From NCBI GenBank assembly GCA_028095925.1, contig JAOHCW010000003.1, positions 3,470 through 67,469 of the forward strand: a stretch of 64,000 nt of DNA, read 5' to 3'. The notes beneath the pieces were generated by a model that was given only the letters and a program-made list of their open reading frames with translations, had not been told where the DNA came from and ran no database searches. Of this stretch, positions 1-14,222 are shown piece by piece (within the stretch, counting starts at the first letter, position 1; each line of letters opens with the position of its first letter). This DNA comes from Aquiluna sp. GTDB taxonomy: Bacteria; Actinomycetota; Actinomycetes; Actinomycetales; Microbacteriaceae. A program made the translations under genes and the position numbers.

Positions 1-339
1 GAGATTGCGGCGATGTTGGGCGGAGTGATTGAGGTGACCACCGACCCGACTGAGGCAGTGGTTGATGCAAATGTCATTGCCACCGACACCTGGATCTCGA
101 TGGGCATGGAGGAAGAGGCCGAAAGGCGCAAAGCGGACTTCGCAGGATTTAGCGTTGATCAAAAGCTTATGGACCTAGCCTCACATGGTGCCGTGTTCCT
201 GCACTGCCTACCTGCCTATCGGGGGTTTGAGGTTAGTGCCGAGGTAATAGACGGTCCGCGTTCGCTTGTTTGGCAAGAGGCGGAGAATCGCCTCCACGCC
301 CAGAAGGCCCTAATGGCCTGGCTAGCAGAGCAAAACTAG
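1..339 (+). CDS. argF: ornithine carbamoyltransferase, C-terminal part (5' truncated by window)
   Basis: TDTWISMG, FLHCLP and EAENRLHAQKA motifs; upstream of argH. Confidence 0.95.
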   Translation, partial: EIAAMLGGVIEVTTDPTEAVVDANVIATDTWISMGMEEEAERRKADFAGFSVDQKLMDLASHGAVFLHCLPAYRGFEVSAEVIDGPRSLVWQEAENRLHAQKALMAWLAEQN

Positions 340-365
340 ACTTAGACAAACTCGGGTGAGGAATC

Positions 366-1766
366 ATGGCACAAAGTAGCGATGCCCTTTGGGGCGGCAG
401 GTTCTCAGGAGCCACCGCTGACGCTATGGCTGCCCTGAGTAAATCCACCCACTTCGATTGGCGGCTGGCCAAGTACGACCTGAGGGGGACAGCCGCCCAC
501 GTCAGAGCCCTGAATGCCGCAGGGTATCTAAATGACGATGAGCTTGGGGTCATCCAGAAGGCCATCAAAGAGCTCACAAAGCGCGTCGAGGGTGGCAGCT
601 TCAAGCCAAAGCCCGAAGAGGAAGACGTTCACGCAGCTTTAGAGCGTGGCCTGATCGAGATTGCCGGCAGCGATGTCGGTGGCAAGGTCCGCACCGGCCG
701 CAGTCGCAATGACCAGATTGCGACCCTGATTCGTATGTTTATGTCCGATGCGGCCGATGCTCTTGAGGAGCAGATCCTTGGCTATATCGAGGCGCTCAGC
801 GGTAAGGCGGAGGAATACATGGGCGCCGCAATGGCCGGCAGAACTCACTTCCAGCACGCCCAGCCGGTCTTGCTCTCGCACCATCTAGCAGCCCATGCCT
901 GGCCCCAGGTAAGAAACCTCCAGCGGCTCGAGGACTTTAGGAAGCGGCTCAACAAATCGCCCTACGGATCAGCTGCGCTTGCTGGCAACACCCTTGGGCT
1001 TGACTCGGGGGCCATTGCCGAGGAGCTCGGCTTTGCCGCTACTACCGAGAATTCGATGGATGCGACCTCGGCTAGAGATTTGGTTGCTGAGTTCACCTTC
1101 ATAATGTCGCTCGTCGCAATAGACCTATCAAGGCTCAGCGAAGAGGTCATTGCTTGGGCAACCGTGGAGTTTGGCTATGTCCAACTGGACGATGGTTTTG
1201 CAACTGGTTCCTCGATAATGCCGCAGAAGAAGAACCCGGACATCGCGGAGCTTGCAAGAGGAAAGACCGGAAGGATCATCGGCAACCTAGCTGGGCTTCT
1301 GGCAACCCTCAAGGCTTTGCCGCTTTCCTATAATCGCGACCTCCAGGAGGACAAGGAGCCGATGTTTGACTCCTTCGACCAGCTGATGCTCGTGATGCCT
1401 GCGATGACGGGCATGATTTCCACCCTCACTTTCAACAAGAGCCGGATGGAAGATATGGCATCGGCCGGATTCTCTCTTGCTACCGACATCGCGGAGTGGC
1501 TGGTTCGCCAGGGTGTCACCTTCCGCGAGGCCCACGAGATATCCGGCAAGCTGGTGAGTTTTTGTGAGGAGAATGGCCTCGAACTTCATGAGCCAAGCGA
1601 TGAACAGTACCGAGAGGTTTCGATTCATCTCAAGCCCGAGGTTCGTAAGGTGTTGAGTGTGTCGAGCGCGATTGAGGGTAGAAACGGTGCCGGCGGCACA
1701 TCATCGAAGCAGGTAATCGAGCAGCTGGTGCAGCTCAGGAAGCTCGTTGGAAGGGCCAAGAAGTAA
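366..1766 (+). CDS. argH: argininosuccinate lyase
   Basis: LWGGRF N-terminus, GRSRNDQ, GSSIMPQKKNPD signature. Confidence 0.97.
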   Translation: MAQSSDALWGGRFSGATADAMAALSKSTHFDWRLAKYDLRGTAAHVRALNAAGYLNDDELGVIQKAIKELTKRVEGGSFKPKPEEEDVHAALERGLIEIAGSDVGGKVRTGRSRNDQIATLIRMFMSDAADALEEQILGYIEALSGKAEEYMGAAMAGRTHFQHAQPVLLSHHLAAHAWPQVRNLQRLEDFRKRLNKSPYGSAALAGNTLGLDSGAIAEELGFAATTENSMDATSARDLVAEFTFIMSLVAIDLSRLSEEVIAWATVEFGYVQLDDGFATGSSIMPQKKNPDIAELARGKTGRIIGNLAGLLATLKALPLSYNRDLQEDKEPMFDSFDQLMLVMPAMTGMISTLTFNKSRMEDMASAGFSLATDIAEWLVRQGVTFREAHEISGKLVSFCEENGLELHEPSDEQYREVSIHLKPEVRKVLSVSSAIEGRNGAGGTSSKQVIEQLVQLRKLVGRAKK

Positions 1767-3064
1767 TGGCTACCAAGGAGACCCTCAACACCCAATCCAA
1801 CGATCCGAGTTTTTCTCATATTCTCGACGAGCTTCAGTGGCGAGGCTTGGTGGCGCTTTCGACCGACGAGAAGGAGCTCAGGGCGGCTCTGAGCAAGCCG
1901 ATTACCTTTTACTGCGGTTTTGACCCGACAGCGCCAAGCCTGCACCTAGGAAATCTGGTTCAGCTACTCACAATGCGAAGGCTGCAGCTTGCCGGGCACA
2001 ACCCCCTCGCGTTGGTTGGCGGCGCTACCGGTTTGGTGGGGGACCCCAAGCCAAATTCTGAGCGGACCCTCAACGATCGCGAGACAGTTGCAGCCTGGGT
2101 TGAGAAGCTCGCAGAACAAAACCGCAGATTCTTAGATTTTGACGGCAAGAACGCAGCCCAGATGGTGAACAACCTGGACTGGACTAGTGAATACAGTGCG
2201 ATTGACTTCCTGAGAGAGATTGGTAAGCACTACCGGGTCGGCAAGATGATCTCAAAGGATGCGGTTTCTGCCAGGCTCAATTCCGATGCCGGCATCAGCT
2301 ACACAGAGTTTTCCTACCAAATCATGCAGGGACTTGACTTCCTGGAGCTCTATAGGCGCTATGACTGCGTGATGCAGACCGGTGGCAGCGATCAGTGGGG
2401 CAACCTAACCTCGGGCACGGACCTCATCCACAAGGTTGAGGGTAAGAGTGTGCATTTGATAGCGACTCCGCTGATAACCAATGCCGATGGTAAGAAGTTT
2501 GGAAAGAGTGAGGGCAACGCGATCTGGCTCGATAGCGAGCTAACTAGCCCCTATGCGATGTATCAGTTCTGGCTCAACACCGACGATGCAGATGTTATTG
2601 ACAGGCTAAAGGTATTTACCTTCCTAACTCGGGCTGAGATTGCAGAGTATGAGCAGATGGTGGCCGAGGAGCCGTTTAAGCGCGAGGCACAGCGAAGGCT
2701 GGCTTTGGAAGTAACTGAACTGGTGCATTCAAAACAGGAGTCTGAGAGCGCACGCGATGCTTCGTTAGCACTGTTTGGAAGCGGGGATTTGGGCAGCCTG
2801 GATCAGAAGACCCTAAGTTCGGCGCTCGCAGAACTACCAAGTGCAAAGCTGCCTAGGGGAGCGAAAATAATTGAGGCTTTGGTAGCGACAGGGCTTGTGG
2901 AGTCTAACTCGGAGGCAAGAAGAGCCATTGAGCAGGGTGCGGTGAGCGTGAACAAGGTAAAAATTGGCTCTGAGGATGAGGCCCTAGAGCCGCTTGCGAG
3001 CATGTCCCTAGCCGTTATTTCAAAGGGAAAAAAGAACCTTGCCGGGGTTTTCTTTTCTGGCTGA
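1766..3064 (+). CDS. tyrS: tyrosyl-tRNA synthetase
   Basis: YCGFDPTAPSLHLGN (HIGH), GGSDQWGN, KFGKS (KMSKS), C-terminal S4-like domain. Confidence 0.97.
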   Translation: MATKETLNTQSNDPSFSHILDELQWRGLVALSTDEKELRAALSKPITFYCGFDPTAPSLHLGNLVQLLTMRRLQLAGHNPLALVGGATGLVGDPKPNSERTLNDRETVAAWVEKLAEQNRRFLDFDGKNAAQMVNNLDWTSEYSAIDFLREIGKHYRVGKMISKDAVSARLNSDAGISYTEFSYQIMQGLDFLELYRRYDCVMQTGGSDQWGNLTSGTDLIHKVEGKSVHLIATPLITNADGKKFGKSEGNAIWLDSELTSPYAMYQFWLNTDDADVIDRLKVFTFLTRAEIAEYEQMVAEEPFKREAQRRLALEVTELVHSKQESESARDASLALFGSGDLGSLDQKTLSSALAELPSAKLPRGAKIIEALVATGLVESNSEARRAIEQGAVSVNKVKIGSEDEALEPLASMSLAVISKGKKNLAGVFFSG

Positions 3065-3084
3065 CACGCCCGAAAAAGTTTTAT

Positions 3085-3114
3085 TTGACACGTTTACCAA
3101 AACGTAACTAAGCT
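3085..3114 (+). promoter_or_regulatory. rrn promoter P1 (-35 TTGACA, 18 bp, -10 TAAGCT)
   Basis: consensus -35 and TAnnnT -10 just after the tyrS stop; further -10-like hexamers TAGGAT (~3221) and TAGGCT (~3300) downstream. Confidence 0.65.
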
Positions 3115-3544
3115 TTTGCAAGTTGTCCATAGCCGTAGAGACTCGTGGAGATTCTCGGCTCAAGCACAGCAAGTTCTAGTCCCTTCGATATTGGCCCTTG
3201 TGGCCGGTGTTTCTAGTGTCTAGGATTTAGGTCCGCAGATAGCTTTTCTGCCCCGAAATCTCAGGGAAACCAGAGATTGCGGAAAGGTCAAGAAATCTGT
3301 AGGCTTGTGAAGTTGCTCTGGATAGGACCCGAGAGGGAAATTTCAGAAGCATCCGATCTTTGAGAACTCAACAGCGTGCACAATGTCGATGCCAAAAACC
3401 TCGGCAGAAACTTACGTTTCTGCAGAGATTCCTTTTGGATAAAACAGAATTGTCAGCAAGACAGTTCATTAGCCAAATCAAATTGTTCACCTCAGCTTGC
3501 TGGGGTGTTCGTAAAGCTTGACCTCTTTTGAGGTCAAACAAATC

Positions 3545-5071
<1,527 letters not shown>

Positions 5072-5418
5072 AGCATCTCGAGAGGCTCACGCCTCTCATA
5101 GAGAGCCAGTAGTAAGGCACACGTCCTTACCTGGTTAGCTCATGGGTGGAACATCACATTGGATTTGTAATCAAGACCATTTCACAAGTACGCCCCCTGG
5201 GGTTGGAACGGATTTGGACAAGAGAATTGATCAGCACGCTGTTGGGTCCTCGGGGATCGGAAGATAACCGAGGGCCATAAAGGTTTAATCAAGCCTTTAG
5301 GGTCTTTTGGCTCTTTGTAACCGGGAAACCGGGTGCACTGAGACCGCCCGTAATTTGAGAACTACATAGTGGACGCAAAGCATCTGACCTGGATTTATCC
5401 AGGTCAAACAAAATAGTG

Positions 5419-8517
<3,099 letters not shown>

Positions 8518-8616
8518 AAATCACTATTTTTCTGCAATGCGTCCACTGTGTGGTTCTCGAGTTACGGTCGAGAACCGAAGATAGATTTCTTCGAAAGACT
8601 ATAAAAACTCAATAGT

Positions 8617-8735
8617 GTTTCGGCGGCCATAGCGAGAGGGAAACGCCCGGTCCCATTCCGAACCCGGAAGCTAAGACTCTCAGCGCCGATGGTACTGCAA
8701 GGGGGACCTTGTGGGAGAGTAGGACACCGCCGGAC
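8617..8735 (+). rRNA. rrf: 5S rRNA
   Basis: GTTTCGGCGG...CCGCCGGAC terminal helix, CCCATTCCGAAC, GATGGTACTG. Confidence 0.97.
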
Positions 8736-8748
8736 TTACTTTAGAAAT

Positions 8749-8772
8749 GGCCACCCGAGAGGGTGGCCTTTT
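8749..8772 (+). terminator. rrn intrinsic terminator
   Basis: GGCCACCC-GAGA-GGGTGGCC followed by TTTT. Confidence 0.85.
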
Positions 8773-8793
8773 CTATTTAATAACTGGAGAATC

Positions 8794-9732
8794 ATGGACA
8801 AACCAAGAGGCCAAAGGCCAGAGCGCAAGGGCGGATCTGGCGCACCCTCCAGAGGTTTCAAAGGCAAGGGAAAACCTCGCCCAGGTGGCGATCGGCCAAA
8901 CAGAGACGGAAGGCCTAGGAGCTCAGCAGCGAGGCGTGATGATCGCGAAAAGCGCGAGGACACCCGTCCTAAGTTTGATTACCCACTGATTCCAGACGAA
9001 ATCCTCGCCGAGGACCTTCACATTTCCGTTAGAGCCCAGCTCAAGACCCTTAGCGATGAGAACCAGGAGATGGTCGCTCGTCACCTGCTGATGGTGTCGA
9101 TGCTTATCGAGACAGATCCAGAACTTGCGCATCGGCACGCCCTTGCGGCCAGTAAGAAGGCCGGCAGAATTGCCGTCGTTCGTGAGACCTTGGGCGTCAC
9201 CGCCTACACCACCGGCGACTATGCCCTTGCACTTCGTGAGCTCCTCACTCATAGAAGGATCTCTGGTTCTAATGACCAGCTTCCTCTGATTGTCGACTCT
9301 GAGCGAGGTCTTGGACGACCGGTTAGGGCCATCGAAGCAGCGAGCGGTATTGACCGCTCAAAGTTGGAGGTTGGGGTCAGGATTAATCTCGCAATTGCAC
9401 TGAGTGGAGCAAGGCTTGATCTGGGTCAAACTCAGCAGGCTCTGCAGGAGCTTGAAATCAAGGAACTCAGCCCAAACACCGTTTTTGAGCAGTCTCCGCT
9501 TTTGTTCCGCTCCTATGCCGAGCTTCTAAGAGAGCTAGGCAGGGATGAGGGCGACTGGGATCGCTGGGCAGACATGGCAGACAAAGCCTTGGCCGAAGTT
9601 GATGGTGAGGTTGTTGACCTGATTGAAGAGCTAAGCATTCCTGAGAGGAAGCCTCCCAGAAGGCCAGGGGGCAAGCCTGAGGGAAGGCCAGAGGGAAGGC
9701 CCGAAAGAAGGCCGGGCGATGCTGCTAGATAG
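8794..9732 (+). CDS. conserved actinobacterial TPR-like protein found downstream of rrn (Rv1691-like)
   Basis: ATG 8794 with GGAG RBS; VARHL..., AVVRE.GV.AY..GDY..ALREL, D.ERGLGRP core; disordered Arg-rich termini. Confidence 0.8.
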   Translation: MDKPRGQRPERKGGSGAPSRGFKGKGKPRPGGDRPNRDGRPRSSAARRDDREKREDTRPKFDYPLIPDEILAEDLHISVRAQLKTLSDENQEMVARHLLMVSMLIETDPELAHRHALAASKKAGRIAVVRETLGVTAYTTGDYALALRELLTHRRISGSNDQLPLIVDSERGLGRPVRAIEAASGIDRSKLEVGVRINLAIALSGARLDLGQTQQALQELEIKELSPNTVFEQSPLLFRSYAELLRELGRDEGDWDRWADMADKALAEVDGEVVDLIEELSIPERKPPRRPGGKPEGRPEGRPERRPGDAAR

Positions 9733-10693
9733 TTTTGACTCTCTGCTACTTGATCTAGACGGTGTTGTCTACAGAGGCAAGCAGGCAATACCCGGAGCTG
9801 TCGAAGCCATAAATCGGGCTCAAGCTGAGGGCAAGAAGATTGGTTACATCACCAACAATGCTTCTAGAACACCTCAGCAGATAGCTCAGCAGCTTAGAGA
9901 GTTTGGTTTGAGGGTGGAGGCTGAGGAAATCATTGGCTCTGCAAGGGCAGCAGCCAAGATATTGGCCCAGCGCATCCCACCAAAAGCCAAAGTGCTGGTC
10001 GTTGGCGGAGAGGGACTTAGGTCCGAAGTCTCCGCACTCGGCTTCGAGCTGGTTGAGTCGGCAAGTGAGTCTCCAGTTGCGGTTATTCAAGGCTTTAGCC
10101 CGAGTGTCGGCTGGGAGCATCTTGCCCAGGCCGCTTTCGCCATCCAGGCAGGAGCCATTTGGATTGCAACGAACCAGGACTGGACCATTCCTCTTGAGGC
10201 GGGAATTGCCCCTGGCAACGGGACTCTAGTTGGTGCCGTCCATACCGCCGTCGGCCAGCTGCCGGACTTTGCCGGCAAACCGTTCAGACCAATCTTTCAT
10301 TCAGCCCTCGAGCAACTCGACATTGAGTCCCCCCTTGTTATCGGGGATCGGCTCGATACTGACATCAAAGGCGCAATTGGTGCCGGTCTCCAGTCGGCTT
10401 GTGTTCTAACCGGCATTGCAACCAAAAAGGAGCTGCTGGGCGCCAAAAGCGACGAGCGTCCTGACTTCATCCTTAGGGACCTCAGTGAGTTATTCCTGGA
10501 CTACCCGGAACTGAAAACCACCAAGCGCGGGGTTAGCTGCAGAGGCAGCGAGGTAGAGCTACTTGGAGACAGGATTGTCTGCAGTTCTCAAAACCCTAAG
10601 GAATTGGACTCACTCCGGGCCGCGGCAAGCCTAATCTGGTCAAGTGGCAGGCCAATATATGGCCTGCAGGTAGAGCAAGAATTGATGGGCTAG
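9719..10693 (+). CDS. HAD-IIA family hydrolase (NagD-like)
   Basis: DLDGVVY, TNNASR, GKP, IGDRLDTDI motifs. Confidence 0.92.
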   Translation: MLLDSFDSLLLDLDGVVYRGKQAIPGAVEAINRAQAEGKKIGYITNNASRTPQQIAQQLREFGLRVEAEEIIGSARAAAKILAQRIPPKAKVLVVGGEGLRSEVSALGFELVESASESPVAVIQGFSPSVGWEHLAQAAFAIQAGAIWIATNQDWTIPLEAGIAPGNGTLVGAVHTAVGQLPDFAGKPFRPIFHSALEQLDIESPLVIGDRLDTDIKGAIGAGLQSACVLTGIATKKELLGAKSDERPDFILRDLSELFLDYPELKTTKRGVSCRGSEVELLGDRIVCSSQNPKELDSLRAAASLIWSSGRPIYGLQVEQELMG

Positions 10694-10702
10694 GTAATTT
10701 CC

Positions 10703-10816
10703 GTGGAAGACGACTACGAAGCTCGTATAAAAGAAATCGAGAACATGGAGCCAGAGGCACAAATTGAGGCTCTAAAGCAATTGGTAGCAGAGCTCGAGGA
10801 GTTGCTAGGTAGTTGA
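10703..10816 (+). CDS. small acidic helical protein, 37 aa (VEDDYEARIKEIENMEPEAQIEALKQLVAELEELLGS)
   Basis: fills the HAD-tlyA gap, TTGA overlap with tlyA start; too short for the ORF track. Confidence 0.65.
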   Translation: MEDDYEARIKEIENMEPEAQIEALKQLVAELEELLGS

Positions 10817-11529
10817 GGCTAGATGTAGCGCTCACAAGTCGCGGAATTAGTAGAAGCCGCAACCAAGCAGCGAGGCTTATTCAGCAGGGATCAGTCACCG
10901 TAAATGGGCAAACCCAAACCAAACCTTCGCACGTAGTTTTTGAGTCTGATGCCATAGAGGCCCATCAGGTAATGGCAGTTTCAAGGGCAGGTGGCAAGCT
11001 CTCCTTCGCACTAGAAGAGTTTGGGATAACTCCAAGTGGCGTGTGCCTGGACGTTGGGGCTAGCACTGGGGGATTCACCGAGGTGCTCTTGGGAGCTGGC
11101 GCTGAGAAGGTAATAGCCATAGATGTTGGTCACGATCAGCTCTCACCTGAACTTCAATTGGACCCGCGAGTAGTGAACGTTGAAGGCACCAACGTCAGAG
11201 AGCTGAGCCTGAGTCAGCTAAGGAAAATAGTGCCGGAGAAACCGAGTTTGGTTGTGGTAGATCTGAGCTTCATTTCACTCACTGTGGTGGCAAAGAAGCT
11301 TCTTGAGCTTGCCCAGGGAGCCGAGCTAATGATTTTGATAAAGCCGCAGTTTGAACTGAGCAAGGAAAAGCTAAGGGCTGGTGTGGTGAAGGTGGATAGT
11401 GATCGAGAGGCCGCTAGGGACAAGGTCCTGGCTGTATTCAGCGGGCTAGGAGCTGAGGTAGCAGGGGTTTGTGTCTCGCCGGTTGTGGGAACCAAGGGAA
11501 ACACCGAGTTCCTGGCACACCTCCAATAG
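10813..11529 (+). CDS. tlyA: TlyA family rRNA 2'-O-methyltransferase
   Basis: S4 domain RLDVAL..RG..SR, VSRAG.KL, LDVGASTGGFT, KPQFE, GN.EF. Confidence 0.93.
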   Translation: MRLDVALTSRGISRSRNQAARLIQQGSVTVNGQTQTKPSHVVFESDAIEAHQVMAVSRAGGKLSFALEEFGITPSGVCLDVGASTGGFTEVLLGAGAEKVIAIDVGHDQLSPELQLDPRVVNVEGTNVRELSLSQLRKIVPEKPSLVVVDLSFISLTVVAKKLLELAQGAELMILIKPQFELSKEKLRAGVVKVDSDREAARDKVLAVFSGLGAEVAGVCVSPVVGTKGNTEFLAHLQ

Positions 11530-11614
11530 GACAGCCCACTAGAGCTGTAATGGCTGTTGAAAAGTCCACGCGAGGACTGAAGGCAGTAGCCTTTTGGTTA
11601 TAGGAGTAATGGGC

Positions 11615-12511
11615 ATGCAGAGAGTTTTGATTGTCATCAGTCACGCTGACGATGCCGCTGCCCAGGAGGCGACGAACGCCTGTAAGCATCTAGCCCAAAG
11701 AGGCATTTCGTGCGTGTTTGATAAAGAAGACCTAGAACACTTCGTGACTCTCGGTGCTGCCCAACCGGAGGGCTCAACGGCCTACTCTGGTGAAGATCTT
11801 GACCTGGTTATGGTCCTTGGCGGCGATGGCAGCATCTTGCGGGCAGCTGAGATTGTCAATGGCAACCCAGCACCAATACTCGGCATCAATCTGGGTCACG
11901 TTGGCTTTATGACCGAGGCTGAGCGTTCTGAGATCCCGGCTGTCTTGGATGCAGTGGCTGCGGGCAAGTTTTCGACCAGCGAGCGCACCACTCTTGAGGT
12001 GAAGGTGTGGCAAGAGGGTAAAGAGGTCTTTTCGAGTTGGGCAATCAATGAGGTTGCCGTGGAGAAGAGCGCTCGTGAGCGAATGCTCGAGGTGGTGCTG
12101 GAGATTGACGCAAGACCCGTATCGAGCTTTGGTTGCGATGGGGTACTAGTCAGCACCCCAACCGGCTCCACGGCTTACGCCTTCAGCGCGGGGGGACCGG
12201 TTGTTTGGCCGAATGTGGAGGCCTTTGTTGTCGTGCCCCTTAGTGCCCATGCTCTATTTGCCAGGCCTTTGGTTATTGATCCAGAATCAACCGTTGCGGT
12301 CGAGGTCCTCAGGAGGTCTCCCGGCAGCGGGGTGCTGTGGTGCGATGGTCGCAGAACATTTGACCTAGGCCCAGGTGCTCGAATTGAGGTCGCCAAGCGT
12401 CCTGTTCCGGTGAAGATGGTCGTTCTCGACAACGCTCCATTCGCCGACAGACTCGTTAGAAAATTCTCACTTCCGGTATCAGGGTGGCGAGGTCCGGAGG
12501 CTGAGGCTTGA
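11615..12511 (+). CDS. nadK: NAD kinase
   Basis: LGGDGS, GINLGHVGF, NE, STPTGSTAY; start placed after AGGAG. Confidence 0.95.
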   Translation: MQRVLIVISHADDAAAQEATNACKHLAQRGISCVFDKEDLEHFVTLGAAQPEGSTAYSGEDLDLVMVLGGDGSILRAAEIVNGNPAPILGINLGHVGFMTEAERSEIPAVLDAVAAGKFSTSERTTLEVKVWQEGKEVFSSWAINEVAVEKSARERMLEVVLEIDARPVSSFGCDGVLVSTPTGSTAYAFSAGGPVVWPNVEAFVVVPLSAHALFARPLVIDPESTVAVEVLRRSPGSGVLWCDGRRTFDLGPGARIEVAKRPVPVKMVVLDNAPFADRLVRKFSLPVSGWRGPEAEA

Positions 12512-14172
12512 TTGAGTCACTCTCGATTCGCTCAATTGGCGTAATCAGCTCCGCAAACCTGGAGCTCGCCCCTGGTTTCACCGCCCTCACCGGAGAGACG
12601 GGCGCCGGCAAGACCATGGTCCTAACAGCCCTCGGCCTGCTGCTTGGTGAGCGTGCTGATTCGACCAGCGTTAGAACAGGTGAGAAGCAGCTATTTGTTG
12701 AGGGAAGGATTCGTTCTGCTAACTCAGAGCTGCTCGGGCGTCTCGAGGAGCTAGGTGCCGATGTAACAAGTGGCGAGGTCATAATCAATCGGTCGGTGAG
12801 TTCTGATGGTCGATCTCGTGCCGCAATTGGTGGGGCATCAGTCCCGATTTCGACTCTCAATGACATTTCAGAGGAGCTCGTTACCGTCCACGGACAGTCC
12901 GATCAGCTGCGGCTGCGCTCCAGCTCCCGGCAGCGCGAGGCCCTGGATCAATTGGGAGCTGATGAAATCTCGGGCGCTAAAAATGCTTATGCCCAACTCT
13001 TTAGCCAATACCGAGAGCTTGAGCAACGTCTCGAGCGGATGCGTGGTTCCAGCGAGGCAGACGCCATAAGGATTCAAAGGCTTCGGGAGCAGATAGCAGA
13101 CATCGAAAAGGTAAACCCCGAATCGGATGAGCTTGGAAAAATCGATGAACAGGTAAAGCGCCTGAGTAATGTCGAATCGCTCAGGATGTCCGCCGGTTCG
13201 GCCCACGATGCTCTCACCAATGACGAGGGGCTAGACGCCAGTGGCCTACTTGGCCAGGCGAGAAAGGCTCTGGAATCTTCCGGTGATTCAAAGCTGCAGG
13301 AGCTTGCGGCGCAGGCTTCCGAGGCAGCGGCTATTGCCTCGGATCTTGCTAGCGAGCTGACTTCCTTCTTGGCGGAACTAGACGCTGACCCTGCAAGGCT
13401 CGAGCAGCTAATGGCAAGAAAGGCGGAGGTCATTGCCCTCGAGCGTCGCTACGGCAACTCGTCTGAGGAGCTGGTTGCGATGCTGCCTGCCCTTCACGCA
13501 GAGCTATTGGACCTTGACTCCTCTGATGAGCAGCTAGAGAAACTTGAGATGCAGTTTGAAGCAACCTCCTCGCAATTGTCATTTGCCGCAGGACAGCTAA
13601 CCCAGTTGCGAGAACGTGCTGGGGAACAGCTTGGAGTCCGAGTGACCGAGGAGCTGTCTGCTCTTGCGATGGGAGGTGCTGCGTTAGTTGTGAGAATCAG
13701 CCCGCTGCCAGACTTTGAAGCATCGGGCAAAGACCGGGTGGAGTTTTTGTTAGCGGCGCATCCAGGCGCTGAGCCAAGAGCTCTCGGCAAAGGAGCATCC
13801 GGGGGAGAGCTTTCGAGGATCATGCTGGCGATTGAGCTCGTCCTCTCAAGTAATCAGGTGCTCCCGACGATGGTCTTCGATGAGGTGGATGCCGGGGTTG
13901 GCGGTGCTGCCGCGATTGAACTTGGCAAGCGTCTGGCGAAGTTGGCCGAGTCAACGCAGGTCATTGTTGTAACACACCTTCCTCAGGTGGCGGCGTTTGC
14001 TGACCACCAGATTCGAGTTGCAAAAGATGTCTCCGGTGAGATCACCGAGTCCAGCGTGAGTCTGCTATCTCGCCAAGAGCGTGAGGCAGAGCTTGCAAGG
14101 ATGCTCTCGGGCAACTCAACCAGTGAGGTTGCGCTTGAGCACGCCCGAGAATTGCTCGATTACCAAAAATAA
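12508..14172 (+). CDS. recN: DNA repair protein RecN
   Basis: LTGETGAGKT, SGGELSR, FDEVDAGVGG, VTHLPQVAA. Confidence 0.96.
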   Translation: MIESLSIRSIGVISSANLELAPGFTALTGETGAGKTMVLTALGLLLGERADSTSVRTGEKQLFVEGRIRSANSELLGRLEELGADVTSGEVIINRSVSSDGRSRAAIGGASVPISTLNDISEELVTVHGQSDQLRLRSSSRQREALDQLGADEISGAKNAYAQLFSQYRELEQRLERMRGSSEADAIRIQRLREQIADIEKVNPESDELGKIDEQVKRLSNVESLRMSAGSAHDALTNDEGLDASGLLGQARKALESSGDSKLQELAAQASEAAAIASDLASELTSFLAELDADPARLEQLMARKAEVIALERRYGNSSEELVAMLPALHAELLDLDSSDEQLEKLEMQFEATSSQLSFAAGQLTQLRERAGEQLGVRVTEELSALAMGGAALVVRISPLPDFEASGKDRVEFLLAAHPGAEPRALGKGASGGELSRIMLAIELVLSSNQVLPTMVFDEVDAGVGGAAAIELGKRLAKLAESTQVIVVTHLPQVAAFADHQIRVAKDVSGEITESSVSLLSRQEREAELARMLSGNSTSEVALEHARELLDYQK

Positions 14173-14222
14173 AATCATGTCTATTTCCGCTTGCACCTAG
14201 GCACGTGATAGATTGAAGTTCC

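Noticed and set aside
8689..8793. N-terminal extension of the post-rrn ORF
   Set aside because: Overlaps 5S rRNA and its terminator; ATG 8794 has an RBS.
9650..9716. 12-bp tandem repeats encoding KPEG-RPEG-RPER
   Set aside because: Low-complexity disordered protein tail; no sign of separate function.
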